56,280 nucleotides of DNA, filler included, from Sphacelaria rigidula (GCA_964200075.2; 4 parts of 4 records of this genome joined end to end with filler, not necessarily neighbours in it), one strand, 5' to 3'. Counted from the whole stretch's first letter, positions 37,557-52,256 are shown. Program-made: numbers and translations. Notes: generated by a model from the letters alone, not told the origin.

Positions 37557-38872
37557 CTACGCGGTACAAATGGCATCTAACGAGGGCAGTGATGCATCGG
37601 CATCACACGGGCTGTACACGGCAACAGAACGAACAGACACGGTAGGAACCTTCACCAAGCGAGACAACGAATCTCCACAAAAAATGCGCTCTCTAGGAAT
37701 GTGTTCACTGACATAACGATATTGTTTTCGGGCTCCCAGCAACTCCCGCATATCTTCTTGGCTTAGCATCACCCCCGGAGACCGTTCCACTTGCGCGTTC
37801 ACCGCCTGATAGTCGCTGACCAAACAGACTGTGTCCCTCTTCGACACTGCCATCGCCGGACTCGCCCACACAGCCTGAATATTCCCAACCAACAACACAA
37901 ATGCCACCAAAACCGCGATGCATGAAGCAAGCCACAGGGTCTTCACCGGGTCGCAGCGACGAGGCATGGCTTCCACGCGCACTGGTGGATCACCACGCAG
38001 CGCACGACGAAATGTGTCTACGCGACGAGCCAAAATATCGCGCAGACTATGTGCGCCATCGGCGCTCAGGCCCTTCTGCTCGGCCTGCCGCACACTATCC
38101 TCAAGCGCACATTTTCTTGAATCTCTCTCCTCTGCTGGGTCCATGATCCTTTCCAACCCCCGATCGACCAAGCTCTCCACCCCTTCATCAGCGGGAGCCT
38201 TCTCCTCATTGGCGCTCTGGAATGGCCGTATGGATACGATCACGCGCCTTGCAGCAAGGTATCCGGGGGTTCCACGCCGGTTCGCACCGGCACTGCACAC
38301 GGACGTAACTTCTCCAACGCCGGCGGATATAGATCAATCCCAAGCTCCTTCATTGTCGCCATCCCAAAAAGAAGCACGTTGTCCCTACCGCGTATGGCTG
38401 CGAAAGTAATGGGTTGCAACTGCACAGCCCCCTACGGCGTACGCACGTCAACAGTAATCAGCACCGTTTTGTGTGTAACCGTCACGGGAGCACCCGTGAC
38501 GGTCTGCGCCGTTTGCGGTTCGTTTCCGAACGGAATCTGAAGCTAAGTGCCGCCAAACTGCGAGGACATCTGTTCTAGAAACCCCACACTGATCGACGTG
38601 AGCGCGGACCCAGAACCCAGAATAACGCGGGCCATGAACGAACCTACAGAACCAGGCAAGGCTAAATCTACGCCTAAGCATTCAGCCTTGCGATCGACAG
38701 GTACCACGCCTGCCGAAGAACCCTGTTCTGTCCTAAGAGTCACCTGACGCCAAGGCTTCCCTCCAGCACTTAGCATCGATAGCTGCGGATCGTCGGTACA
38801 ACGAGACCAAGTCGTCGAATATGCAGACGGCGCTGTTACAGCCGTCGCAGCAGTAGGGAATGCACCAGACAC
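37557..38872 (-). pseudogene. Gypsy protease and internally deleted RT/RNase H
   Basis: WASPAMAVSK..LVSDYQAVNAQ (RT start) is joined directly to QYRYVSEHIP..GDSLSR (RNase H end). Confidence 0.8.
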
Positions 38873-38948
38873 GGATCCTGCCTACCCGAGGGGTTGCGAG
38901 CTATTCGCTCCAGCAATCCCCACCGAAGTATTTGCATTTTCCACGTAC

Positions 38949-39198
38949 GACTGCTGCCGAGATAGCCCCCCCCCCGAACTGGCCAACAAAGCGCACGGAG
39001 GCGATGATCATAAATGCCGCTAGAGCTGGTTTCGTACTGCACGACGCGACTCATTTGGGCGTCATAGCTGATTTCAGATTGCTACACGCCTCTCATGTGG
39101 GCAAAATTGCTGCAAACGAGCCCAATAGTGGGATCGCAGCCGGTTTGTCGGACGCTCTGCGGTGCACTTTTCGTGGGGGGGCTGTCTCGGCATTAGTC
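38949..39198. mobile_element. MITE with 4-bp TSD gtac
   Basis: gtac|GACTGCTGCC...GGCATTAGTC|gtac. Confidence 0.85.
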
Positions 39199-40654
39199 GT
39201 ACACTGTCCGCCCCGCTACGATAATTGATAAAGGGACTGTCCCGTAGAGGACGCGCTCTGGACAGGGGAACGTGTATATCTTCTTCTTGTATTAAACTCT
39301 TGTAACCTTCACTCACCAAACATCAACCGTGCAAGCTCCACCCGAGCTGCTTTGTCCACCCGAAATGCAATGACCAAAATGTACCAAAAACACAACGGAG
39401 CATGGAAGGTAGGACTACATGCTGGGTTCCCTCATATGTCACACATCCAGTCATGACACCATCCGTTGCCGTAAACGAAATCCGGTACCCATGATATGTC
39501 ATCAATCTGCACCGCATGTACCCGAACTAATCCACGTACACATGTACTAATGTTCAGCTCGACGATGTTCAATTAGCCCCCCTTACGAGGCTCAACCTCA
39601 CTCATATCACACAAAAAATCGTAGTCCCATCCCATGAGATCAGACAATTTAAAAGCACAAATGCCGGGATACATGGAAGATTCAGCATGAAAAAAACAAA
39701 TAATCAAGGAACATCGCCTCCTGAATTATTTGCCCCCTTGACCACACATCATCTCACCATTTTCGGGGACATGAAGTATCAAAGCGCATTACGTGTTTTT
39801 CCAAAAATGTACCAAGAAAAACATACTTTTCTCACCACGGAATTGCCGGGATACATGGGGGACTTAGCAAGGGAAAAAATCAAAGTCATCAAGGAAAATC
39901 ACTTCCTACATTTTATGTCCCCCTGACCCCATATCTTTTCGCCATTTTCGGGAGCATAAAATGTCAAAACTCGGAACGTGTTTTTCCAACAATATCTCAC
40001 AAACATATGGCCCGAACTCCAAGTTCAATAAATTCCTCAACCAAACAGAATCCGTCATATGCCATGATCCATAAAAGATTAATGTTGTCACATCGATCGA
40101 CCCCTTGACCTTTTTTTTGTGGCGACAGCACGTGCTTGGAAGCTTTGAATTTCATGCCGAATATCAAACTCACATGAAGGGATAATTTCCCTCATGTCGT
40201 CATCTCAGTGATAATATGAAAAAACCGAGAGTGAACCACAACAATCGAACTTAAATCGAAGTGTGGTGAAATGCATGATACACTACAAAGCGTAATGTCC
40301 CCATGCAAGATCAAACAAATCCTTGTCGAGCATCCCGATCGCTGTTGCAGATATGATGCCCACTACTGTAGTCAAATCACTGCATTCGGACCGTGGTCAT
40401 ATTGCTGCGCTTTTACTCAAAATCACAATATCCAACTCATGAATCTACCATCAAGCTAAAGTGGTCTAAAAATAAACATTTGACAGCCCACATTCGGGGT
40501 ATAATATCGTCCAAAGTCCATCTCCGGCTTTCTGCATTCTTCCATGGTCACGTCCCCCCTCCTCGATCGAACCGGCACCTCATACTTGCTCCACTCCGCC
40601 GGCATCAAGTCCCTCCTCCAACCCATCGGCACCGCTCCCTCCCCCCGCTCCGTT

Positions 40655-42101
40655 TCACCGGCGCTGACGACGCCACGTATCGAAATGTGTTGCCGATTGT
40701 GTCGGTGGTGGCGGCAGTGGTGTTGGCATTAGTCGTGTCGGACTCGGGGTTGTGATGAAGTATAGTTGTTGTGGCGCGGTGGTAAATGGAAGTGGTGGCG
40801 GCAGCACAGCGGCAATGGGGGAATATAATTGTGGCGGTGCTGCGGTGGGTGGAAATGATGGCGGCACAGCGGTACTGGGAAAATTTATATGTGGCGGTGC
40901 TGCGGTGGGTGGAAATAATGACGGCGGCACAGAAGTAATGAGAAAATATATGTGTTGCGGCGCTGCGGTGGGTGGAAATGATGGTAACGGCGGCGCGGCA
41001 GTGGTGGAGCTGTGTTGGTGTTGATTCGGCGATGAGACAGAATGGTATGAAAATGACGGCGGCGTCGGCTCAGGTTTTGCCGCGTCCATCAGCGGCTGCG
41101 AGGATTCCGGCGGATCGGCGACGGTACCCGCTCCACAACCCCCCCAGCCGTCGAGCGGTAGCGGCGGTGGTCGAAGAAGCTGTCCACGCGGAACAGGTTG
41201 CACAGAAGGTACACCACTTGCCGGGGAACCAGAGACCAATGCTACGATAGGGGTTACACCTTTTGTTTCTTGGTCTCGTTTTTGTAGGAGCCCAAATATA
41301 TGGGGCTTACTGTGCAACCCAAATCTCCGAGGACAGGACATGGGGATGCACACAGGGGCCTTTTCGTGAAAAGTGATGCTACGGTAGGGGTGCACAAATC
41401 TGTTCTGGGGTTCGAATTGTTAGGAGCCCTTTATCTCATCCAAAACACGACTTATGAAATACCTGAGAGTACGCCAAGGTTAATATTCCAATGTGCTCCG
41501 GATATTCCGACTAAACTTGCAAACGGGGATGCCCTGACCCATATTCTTGTGCATATAGGATCGTTAGGAGCCCCTGAACCAGACAAGATGTTGCGCAAAA
41601 AGTGCATCCCTACCGTAGCATTGCTCTGAATCGGCATCATTTCCTGTCTTTGTCCAGTGAAAATGTTGCCGATTTTCAAAATGATGCTTGCAATACCCCG
41701 AGAAACATTTTCGCTCAAAAAGTGCAACCCTATCGTAGCATCACTCCAGACTGAATACTGACACCTGACGTGTCAGACAGAACGAACGCTTGTAGCGGAG
41801 GCGGACTGGACAAAGAAACCGAGAGGGGAGACACAACGCCTTCGGCGAAATAGTGGCGTGAGCCAATACTGGGGGAAGCATGAAAACTATCTATTTCCCA
41901 ACTCGGGGGCTGACTACAAGACGCTACAGTAAGATTGGGCGCATGATGCGCCGGGGAAAATTCTACGATAGAATTCCGGAAATTAGATTCATCGCAAACA
42001 GTCTGGGCAGCTGCCGGTGACGACTCTACCGTAGCACGTAAAGACTCTACAGTTGTAGGGAGATCTAACTCTACACAGTAATAGTGCGTGTATCTGACCA
42101 T
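40655..42101 (-). pseudogene. Pro-rich gag-like ORF (60-bp repeats) split by nested MITEs
   Basis: Removing 41234-41746 and one TSD gives a continuous 930-bp frame (..SIQS|GSPASG..) that starts next to the LTR. Confidence 0.65.
41234..41746. mobile_element. Sola-like MITE (TSD caga) containing a related MITE at 41371-41626 (TSD tgaa)
   Basis: Both have ATGCTACGRTAGGG TIRs and exact 4-bp TSDs. Confidence 0.8.
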
Positions 42102-42188
42102 ACACTGGTTGGCGAAGCCTATAGCCTCTGCCAGACGATCTGGACAAGAGGGCTATTCAGTGAGGGACTTCTTCAGAATCCACTGGCC

Positions 42189-42288
42189 NNNNNNNNNNNN
42201 NNNNNNNNNNNNNNNNNNNNNNNNNNNNNNNNTTAATTAATTAANNNNNNNNNNNNNNNNNNNNNNNNNNNNNNNNNNNNNNNNNNNN
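42189..42288. other. Artificial contig linker
   Basis: Same 100-bp spacer. Confidence 0.97.
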
Positions 42289-42499
42289 TTTGGCTGTTTT
42301 CTCGCTTCTGGCCATTTTTCGTACCTGTGGGGGGCAAAAAGCGAGAAGGCATACCTTTTCTAGGCCATTGCTCGATGAAAAATTGGCTAAGTTAAAGCGA
42401 ATGGTCAAAGTCACTCTCAATCAGCGCTCTACTCTCAATCTCACAAAAACATTGTTACAGGAGGGAACCGACCGCCACAACACATGCTGGTGTAGCAGT

Positions 42500-45224
42500 A
42501 TATTTTGATGAGACAAAATGTATATTGGAAAGTGTGCAGGAATTAGCATGGTGGGCAGTTTCATGTTCGCGGGCGCCTTTGGAAGATGTATCACCAGATG
42601 CTAAAAATGCTCAACATATTCATATATTCCTCCGCGAGTGTGTCCATATATATTGCCTGCACAAGAGCTATGAGACGAGCGTGCGCGATATATATATATA
42701 TATATATTGTAAAAACAATACTTTTGCACGTTTTTTGCTCAAAATAGATTATGGCAACAATATGTTGCGCATCGCTTCGACTCAAAATATATATATATAT
42801 ATATATTGATACTTCAATACATACACGGCTGGCATAAACAATATATATGTTGAATGTTTTGCTCCCGGAGAAAATGCATGTCCAATATATATATTATCGT
42901 GCAGTATTTCACGATCATGACACGAGAAAGATGTATTGTTGCTTCGATGGTTCCGAGGACATCTCAACACAATATATATATTGAACAACCGATCATCGGA
43001 ATTGAGGATGGAGCTTTTCATTGAGGATGAGAACCCGGAGGATAAAATCTTCGAAATGTCGTTCCATTCTTTCACCTACTGGTAGCTATTAACAACTGCT
43101 ACACGCCCTACAAATTTGAACTTCGCTGACCGAAATGATGAAAAAAAATATACAGGGAAGCTTGGTGATCCGATCGGATCGCCGAAATTCTCCGAAATTA
43201 GTTTTTCATCTGAGACCCCAACATTTTGGTTACCGAAATCCAAATTTGTATGACGTGTGGTCCTCGTCAATGGCCACCAGCAGGTGAATGAATGAAACCA
43301 TAAGTCGAAGATTTGGTGTTGATACGAATATTTTAATCCTCCGGGTTATCATCCTCCATGAAAAGCTCCATCCTCAATTTTTGTGATCGACTGTTGTTGA
43401 GGACAATATTTGCGCTGTCTCCAATATACAGTATTGATATCATATTGGAACATATTGTATCGTCCAAGGTACAAGCAACACAGCAACGGTGACCAGAGGG
43501 GTGCCAAAAGGCGCGTATCGACCCGCGTTTTCTGTCGTCGTGATGTTTTGCCAAGGTGTATTACATACTTTGAAGGGGATGGGCGGTACCGCACCGGTGG
43601 CCAGATGGGTATCAAAAGGCATATATACCGGGTCGCCGTTTTGTCACCATATTTTTTGGCCATGCACACGAGCTTCTGCGGCTTCTTCCTTAAGCTTTTC
43701 TCAATATGCACGGGCTCCGGAATCCATCGCGTCTTGATCTTTTTCAAAGCGTATACCATACTTATAATATCACATGACCTTCGAGGTTGACAGGACCTTG
43801 CAGAGTCGATGTCCCTGTAGGGCCGCGATGTTGGCGATTGCCGTCTCGACGGCCTCCGGTACACGGGTTGCTCCAACCGGTTGGCGCGGCAAGGCGGCAC
43901 AGTCATTGTCCCGCGACCCTTGCGAGATCCCGCAATTGTCCCCATCGTCTGTCCTTGTCGAACCACCACCATACTCGCCACCAGCGGTCGGCCGACCAGC
44001 TTTACTCACAAATGCGTCCATTTCATGCTGTTTTCGACTGTTTTTTTTCTACGAAAACGGTTGCCTTGTTTTCCATTATGCGATGGAGGAAGAGGGGTTT
44101 GAGGAAGGGGGGTTGGTGAGTGGTCTGTAGGGGGCAGAGAGCCACAGACACATGTCTTCCGTGGACAGCTGAGAGCCACAGATGTATGTTTTTCTGTGGG
44201 CCGCCGACAGCCATTCGCGATTTTTGAAGCTGACAGCCACACAACAGCATGTATCCTGAGAGCTGCCTAAGTTGCACACAACGGGGGTATCTCAAACTCG
44301 AGGCTCCAGGTGTATTTCACAGTAATTTACAGTACAATATATGGAACTTCGAGTTTGAGGTATCTCCAACGTTTGTGATTTGTTTGCTGCGGCATATTTT
44401 TCAAGCAAAAGTGATGCCGACTCATCAGCAAACGTAACCTCACGGGCAAAGGATCAGGTAACTGATGAATCGGATCACTTTCACTCGAAAAATTGCTCCG
44501 AAATATCCCGAAGGAACGAAGAAACGACATTCTGGCCTACTTTTTTTTTTTCGGCATGATTAGAAATGACTCTCGTGAAAACATCCTGCACGCCAAAACA
44601 ATATTCAAACATTCACTCCTTGAATTACACTGAATGCGATATTCGTTAGACGGCATCCCTTTCAGGACGCGGCAGAAATATCGTACTTGAATAGTAGGGC
44701 TCGGTGGAACAGATACTCGACATCGATGCGCCCACACAATGTATACTGAGTGGGTGATCTGTTGTAACACAGGCTACCCCGATATATATATATATATATG
44801 CTATACTGGTACTAATACCGTGACCGGGCAATATCTTAGCACCCATACGGCCCCAATATGTATATTGACTGCCCAACGTATTGGCACCCACGCGGCCCCT
44901 ATATATATTGACCGATCAGTATGTTCTCACCAATGCGACCCTAACATATATTGGTCGCGCAATATGTTTTCACCCACAATGCCCCAATACATTTTGATAG
45001 GACACTATGTGTGCAATCCCGCGGTACCAATATATATATAGAGAGAGAGAGATTGGGCGGGCAATATGTTTGCAGTCCCACGACACCAATATATATTGCG
45101 CGCGCAATATGTGTGCAGTCCAAGGATACCGATAATATATTACTCCGGCAATATATCGCAATATTCTAATATGATCGACTAATATGTGTATATGTTGGAA
45201 ACATATTGTATTGTACAGGGTGTG
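42500..45224. mobile_element. Partial CAC..GTG non-autonomous element (ATATATTG-rich) with internal insertions
   Basis: Colinear with 47690-48930; same right end (CATATTGTATTGTACAGGGTGTG). Confidence 0.7.
42984..43396. mobile_element. MITE with ~65-bp TIRs nested in the previous element
   Basis: AATTGAGGATGGAGCTTTTCAT..CCCGGAGGAT is inverted at the other end. The insertion is absent from the paralogous site near 48110. Confidence 0.75.
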
Positions 45225-45793
45225 AAATATACATCCACATTCTAGTTGTGCCTCATCGCAATGCTACTGCTGTGTGCACCTCACCACACATGACACATTG
45301 AGAACTACTTCGCGGAGGAGATACTTTTTCTGCGCCCACGAGTATAACTGGCAGTGTGGCACGGGTCCCAACCACTAGGATAGCAAGTCCTGACGTGACA
45401 CGATGATACAACGCGAATCTATGGGTGGGTGAGACTGTCACAAACGCGGACGCGAAATACGTCACACACATATATCATGTATGTCAGATGGTACGTGATA
45501 TACTGTGTGATCTATGACATGCCCTACACCTTGGGGAAAAATCCCGCACCCATTACGATATATTAAAAAAATGCTCGCGATATGAAGTTGACTGCCAATA
45601 TATCAACCATATCGATGCATTACAGGATTATGTTCCGCTTCCAGCAAACTGACTATACCTGTTTGCGTCAGCCTGTCTGAAAGCTAGGAAATAAGTCTTC
45701 ACATCGATTTGCACAAAGAAATGTTCCGGTGTTGTTTTCTTCGGGGGTGGCATCGCATCGGCCAATCACAGGGCGTGAGTTATATCATAATAA

Positions 45794-46386
45794 CACGGTT
45801 AGGACAAATACAATCGTGATTCAACTCATGTTCATCATTTCAACGAATGAATCATACAATTCGTACATCATTCGTAATTTATACATGTTTTGAGCTCTTG
45901 AGTCGTGCAGTACACCGTCGACGGTACCTGTTTCTCACCTCATAGGGGGTAGATCATGGGCACATATTTACCCCCTGTTGAAAAATGCGGAAGGAATCGA
46001 TTTACATGCCACCCACACTTACCGTGAGGCGTGAGTGGCATCTACATCTATGCCATGCGTATGACCCGGGCGGGACGAAGAGTCGGCACATCGTTAACCC
46101 TTGGACCGCGAGGTTAGTCTTCTGTTGAATCGGCATCAATGTCAAGTGACAAAGAGTTGCATGATCCAGAAAGACTAATCTCGCGGTCTAAGGGTTAAAT
46201 CCTCTCATCTCACGGGCCTCGCATCAGTCGCACTTTTCTCCCAGTCTGTATGCGGTTGAGATGATCGACTGCACTGCATATGTTACACACTGTCCGGTGC
46301 ATGCGGGACCAACTGCTGAATACAGGTTGACTCCTGTCATTTCATGAGGAGTCAACTCGTACAAATCGTGATCCGTCCTAACCGTG
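45794..46386. mobile_element. CACGG..CCGTG non-autonomous element
   Basis: TIR CACGGTTAGGAC; subterminal region matches 27100-27280 inverted. Confidence 0.7.
46098..46194. mobile_element. 97-bp piggyBac-like MITE with TTAA TSD
   Basis: ttaa|CCCTTGGACCGCGAGGTTAGTCTT...AAGACTAATCTCGCGGTCTAAGGG|ttaa. Confidence 0.85.
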
Positions 46387-47254
46387 AAAAATAATACTAA
46401 TTCTAATACCTATACTACTGCTACTAATAATGCTGCTGATGATGATAAGAATAACAATGATGATAATGGTAATGAACATTATAGTGAATTTAGCTTCGTG
46501 TCCCGGAAAGCACTTGTCTTGACAAAAACAGTCAGGCCGAAAATCAATGCTGTGCCATGATTAGCCCCCTGCCCTGAGCCGCAACTTAACGGATTTTGAT
46601 GTTCCAACCCCTAAAAAATTTCCAACACCTCGCTGAAATCGAGAAGTTGGACGCTATTCATCGAAAGGTGACATGTGGCATGAAGGGGAATGTGAAGACA
46701 AGACATGACCAGTTGATGTAGCAATGCGAATGTTCCGAGATACATAGGTGTGCTCGTCGTTTCAGGGCATGCATCATCTCATCCAGGCACGCACGACACT
46801 ACAGTAATAGTGTTCAGCCTAGAGAGTAAAAGGCGCCCAACAGAAACGCCCAGGGAACACACTCATGTATCTGGATCATGTGAAACAATCGCCAACGACG
46901 AGCGAGAAGTTCGAATCGTGTCCTCCGCTTCACATCATGTAGATGTTGGCACCGGTGTAGGCGAGATATGCGAGTGAATGGAAGCTACAAAGAATGGTAG
47001 GACAACCGCATGATGGTAGTAGTGAAGAGGGGAGGGAACGAGATGGGTGTCGTGAGGCTGGGATCATTTTTGCTGTTTGATGTGCTACTAGGGGCGATTC
47101 ACACGGGCTCGGTGGGGTGTGCGTGCGTTCAGCGATTATCGAGGATCGGGGCTCTAGCTATCCATCCATCCATATCTGTTGGGCGCATGTTACTCTGTAG
47201 GGTTGAACGCTTTGATTGTACGTCTCCTATTTACATATACATATATATATATAC

Positions 47255-48930
47255 CACACCCTAGACAATACAATATGTGACATTTATTGCCCGCTCAACA
47301 TGTCGACGCGTCGAGTGGTCAATATATATTGGGCGATCAATATGATGGCACGAGGGAGGGTTGATTTACATTGTGCCATCAGCATGTCAGGCTCGCGACA
47401 GGCAATATATATCGACCGAACTATATATCACGGCACGCGCCACGTCAAAACATATTGGCCGAGTAATATGTCGGTGCGAGAAGGCACCGAGATATATTTG
47501 TCGAGTTGTATACCGACTGCCACACGAGGTCAATATATATTGATGATTCAATATACTCAACACCCGAAGCGCCAATATATGTATTGCCGCCCCAATATGT
47601 CGTGCGTCAATGCGTCCAACATATATTGGGCGGATCATACACGAGGGAACCGACGGTCACGATACATATTGGTGTAGCAATATCTTTTGATTTTCAACAT
47701 GTAGATTGAAAATTATATTGAAACTAGTATGGTGGGCAGTTCTGTGTTCGCGAGCGCCATTCAGAGATGTATCACCACATGCCGAAAACGCATATTACAT
47801 TCCTCCGCAAGCGTGTTCAATATATATTGGCTGCTCAATAGTTATGCGATGGGCGTGCGCACGATATGTTGGAAAAACAATACTTCAGCATGGTGTGCGT
47901 TCAATATTTATTATGGTAACAGCTACGCATCGATTCGGCTCAATATATATTGAGACTTCAATACATACACGGCCGGCATGCACAATATATATTTATTCCC
48001 GGAGCAAATGCATGTCCAATATATTTTGTCATACATCACTTCATGATCATGACACGAGAAAAATATGTTGTTGCTTCAATGTCTCCAAGGACATCCCAGC
48101 ACAATACATATCGAAAGGACAATATTTGCGCTTGCTCCAATACAAAGTACTGGTATCATATTGGAACATATTGTATTGTCCAGGGTATAGGCAACACAAC
48201 CCCGGTGACCACAGGGGTACCAAAAGGCGCATATCGACCCGCGTTTTTCATCACCGTGATGTTTAGCTAAGATATATTGATTACATGCTGGAAAGCGGGC
48301 GGGCGGCCCCGCACCGGCGGCCACATAGGTATCAGGGGGCATATATACCGGGTCGCCTCTTCTGTCACCATATTTTCTGACCAGTATACATACACACATA
48401 TATGTGTGTGTGTCAAACGCATAAGACAACTCTCCGCAGCTCCCTTTAAAGCTTTTTCCAATCTGCACGAGTTCAGGTATCCATCGCGTCTCGATCTTTG
48501 TTGAAGCGTACACCATACTCACAATATCCAATATATATATATTGACCGGCCAATACATTGGCACACACGTAGACCCAATATATATTGACCGGTCAACATG
48601 TTCTCACCAATGCGACCCTAATATATTGGGGTCGTGCAATATGCTGTCGCCCACGCTGCCCCAAGACATATGTTGATGGGATAATATGTGTTCAACCCCA
48701 TCGTACTAATATATATTGGGCGAGCAATATGTATGCAGTCCCACGACATCAATATATATATATCTATATCAATATATATATATTGGGCGCGCAATACGTG
48801 TGCAGTCCAAGGGTACCAATATTGATATATATATATATATATATATATAAATTACGCCGGCAATAAATCGCAAAATTCCAATATGATCGACTAATATGTA
48901 TTGGAAACATGTTGTGTTGTCCAGGGCGTG
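47255..48930. mobile_element. Complete CAC..GTG non-autonomous DNA transposon
   Basis: TIR CACRCCCTRGACAAYACAAYATG at both ends; AT-rich subterminal repeats. Confidence 0.75.
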
Positions 48931-51370
48931 ATATATACATATGCGTGAAGCTTCTTATCCGTTCCTCGAACCAACCATTGATGACGTGATAGGCGTCCGT
49001 TGGTGACGGAAGAGCCTAGCTTGACCCTGACACCAACTCCGAGATCATAACCGCACGATGTTACGTAATCCCCCACAAGCACAATATATCGAAGCGTCGT
49101 GAACTGTGAGTCCAGTTCTTGTTTCGATGCGGAGAGACTCGGGAACCATCTCCGGGAAGAAAGGGGCGTCCGTGAGTGGCAAACAAGAGGGAAGAGAGCC
49201 GAATGGGATGATTGGAGTTGACGCGTGGACTCTCTTGTGCGCAGTGTACCGTGTCAGGTGAAGTGTAGCGAGCCATGGTCCAGGACGAGTATTTTATGGG
49301 CCGACTGATGGCCCAGATAAGGTATGAAAATTCCTGGATCAGGTATACCTGGTGTATATTTGGCTTAAAATGGGAAAGTGCATGGCTTCTCGAGGCAAGA
49401 TGTCCTTTCGCGTATGGCCGTTCATCGCATGTAGGATGTTTTTTCTGTTTTTTCGAGGCCCGGGTGCCATGAAGCCCCCCGATGGATGTGTGTTAAAGTA
49501 AGTATCGTGGCGAAAACGGTCTAGACTGTGTGGCTTTGTTGTTTTCGCCTTCCTAGTAAGTTTTAATACCTTCCTTGGGCAAAAACGCGAGAAGTTATAC
49601 CTTTTATAAGCAATTTCCCGTATAGTATCGTACACGCAAGTGCGGTGTTACCAGTCAGCGGCTTGCCACAAGAATTTGGTCTTCGATCTGACAAGCATGG
49701 AAATTACAAAATCGGAATTACCTCGTACTGGAACGCAAACGTTCATGCCTCAATAGTGTGCCTACTTTGGTCTTGCCGCGACATTACCAGTGTGTAAGAA
49801 TAACATACATCGACTACCAAGCGAAATTGCGGCACACTTGACGATCATTGAAAAACAACCAGCGTACAAACCGTCAAAAGGCGACCATAGTCGGACAACA
49901 TCAACACCTCGAACATTACACGCATCTAATCTTACGGCCAACATCGAATTGTCTACACAAAACGTCGCGGATGTGTGCCAGAGTCCTCTCTCGCGTTTTG
50001 TTTCCCATCCCATGCCAAACTGTGTGCATCGAAATCGCTTGCGTGTACCCAAATCCTCGTTTTATAGACACGAGAGCTAAGATTCCGAGATGGCGCGGTC
50101 CGTCTTGCCGTCTTTGTACGCCGTAAACGTCGCCACAGAGCGACGATGATAACTTTTTTTAGTAGATAACCCGTCAAGATGCGGTCGAAGTGCTCCGAAA
50201 TGCAGAATTTATATTCTTGAAACGAAAAGGAATTACTCACAAACTTTCCACACAGCACAATTCCGATAGTTATCCGTTCTTCGCCGGATATTGGGCCAGT
50301 TGACGTTTGCTAGAGCCTTAAATCCTGGTGAGTCGAAAAGGCGAATCATTGCCATCGCAGTGATGTGATGCACAGCACCCGGGACATGCGGCAGAGCTGT
50401 TTCTGATAGGCGGGCAGAAACGCTGTTGAATATCCCGCAGAACTTGCGTATCCAACACAAAACTACTCGATTCCGATAAGCGGAGGATTTACTCGGCGAG
50501 CTATCACTCGAAACATCAATACCCCTGGCGTACCAGAGTACTGGGGTCTTAGCGTTCTCTTTTGCTCACGTAAAATCTCTCCCTCTTCATGTCGACCTAT
50601 GTGTACGTCTGTCTAATCAGGTAAAGAACGGGGGGGTTCTGTCTGTGACGGAGGGAGCAACGGTCACGTTCCAGGGTACATCTGAATTCAAGGATAACTC
50701 TATACTTATCAAGGATATCGGGCCCATCTCGTGCGGGCCTAGCTGTACACGAATCGCTCGCGGCATCAGCTACATCGTCAAAAAGGGTGGTGCCATCCAC
50801 AACAAGGTACACAGGTGGTAAACTGGAAACTTGAAACTTACTTTTGTCACTTGCGTGGAATATCATGTATCTACATATCTGAGATCCCGCGTGACAATTG
50901 CTGACAGACAAGTAACGGGGTGGTGAAGGTGTCGAGAGTTGTCCTTGGAGTTCCTCGGAGAACAAGGTGAAATTGCGTGCGGTCCTGCTCCAGTGTTTCT
51001 CTCGATTTCAGCACGGAAAAGGGAAAACCGAAAAAAAAGCGCTCAGGCAGCACAGACGTCGATCGATCGTGCGGCGAAACAACATGCAAACACGATTGTC
51101 TTCTTGTTTCCGGTTGAAATTTGTTCTCTGTCGTTACACGTTTTATGAGCTAAGCCTCTAGGCAAGGTGCACCCGCGTATGCCGCACTCTGAACGTCGAC
51201 CACTTTTCTATGCGTGAGTGTAGACGTACGTCATTGTGCCCTTCTTCTTCGGGGGTGTGTAAAAATGAATAATCTCCCTCCCATGATGGGGTGGCTGACC
51301 TTGGTTCCATGCAATGTCACTTGTGTCGGGACATGCGTAATTGCGTTCGCAGCTGCAGGGTGAACACGTT

Positions 51371-51850
51371 CAAGGTTGGATTCTGTAAGGTACGGATACA
51401 ACCAGTAGGGTATGACATTCCTGACATAACTTACAGAACTGTCGGGTACCGGTATGAAAGTCGTACAGAAATTACAGAACTTGTCTGGTACGGTATCGGA
51501 GGCTTACAGAAAACCGATACCGGCAATCGGGTAGCTCTTTTAGGGCACCTACCGTTTTTGTACAGAACTCACAGAACTGTCGGGTAAGGGTATGGGAGGC
51601 TTACGAAACTCACAACAACTGTCGGGTAGGGTATGGAGGTTGCACAGAAAACTGTACCCGCAACCGGGTATCTTATCAAGAGCGTACCCGTGCCCCCCCG
51701 ACAAGCGGTACGGGAGTCTTACAGAGATTACAAAACTGACGGGTACCGGTATGAAAGTCTTACAGAAGTCACAAAATTGTCGGGTACGGTAAATACCCGG
51801 CAAAATACCCCGGGTATACAGAAAGCTGTACCGTACAGAACACAACCTTG
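51371..51850. mobile_element. MITE (CAAGGTTG..CAACCTTG) with ~42-bp internal ACAGAA/GTCGGGTA repeats
   Basis: TIR plus tandem subrepeats; an inverted partial unit follows at 51855-51925. Confidence 0.6.
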
Positions 51851-52256
51851 GTAATTTCTGTAAGACTTTAATCCAATACCGGTACCCGACAACTCTGTGA
51901 GCTTTGGAAGCCTCCGATACCCCTACCTGGGGTTAGGGTTTACCGTTATAGATATCAACACGTCTCCTCTTTCTGCTTTGTCTCTCTAGTGGTTTGATAG
52001 AGGTGGTAGATGACTACTGCCGCGTGCGCAGCCCACAGGAATGATCGTGGACGTGTCTACACACGCATTTTTTACCCTTTTGGTCGCGAGGCATTTCGGG
52101 ATGTCCTCAATTGCACGAGCATTGGCACATGGAACTCAAGTCACAGAACGCCCGTACAGGGCACACATGGACACACGTCCACACGTCCGCCGTCAGAGGG
52201 TCAACGTGTCCGCACCATGTTCCCCTCACACTACACTGTTGTTGTTGTATATCCAG

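Larger units (their letters stand above)
35705..42188 (-). mobile_element. Fragmented chromodomain-containing Ty3/Gypsy LTR retrotransposon
   Basis: LTR fragments at 35705-35964 and about 42102-42188 share sequence. Order: gag-like ORF, protease (VILGSGS), RT start, RNase H end, HHCC, integrase, chromodomain. Confidence 0.85.

Noticed and set aside
48940-51000. Degenerate viral or transposase coding relic
   Set aside because: Short broken minus-strand frames with no recognisable motif; cannot be supported without a search.
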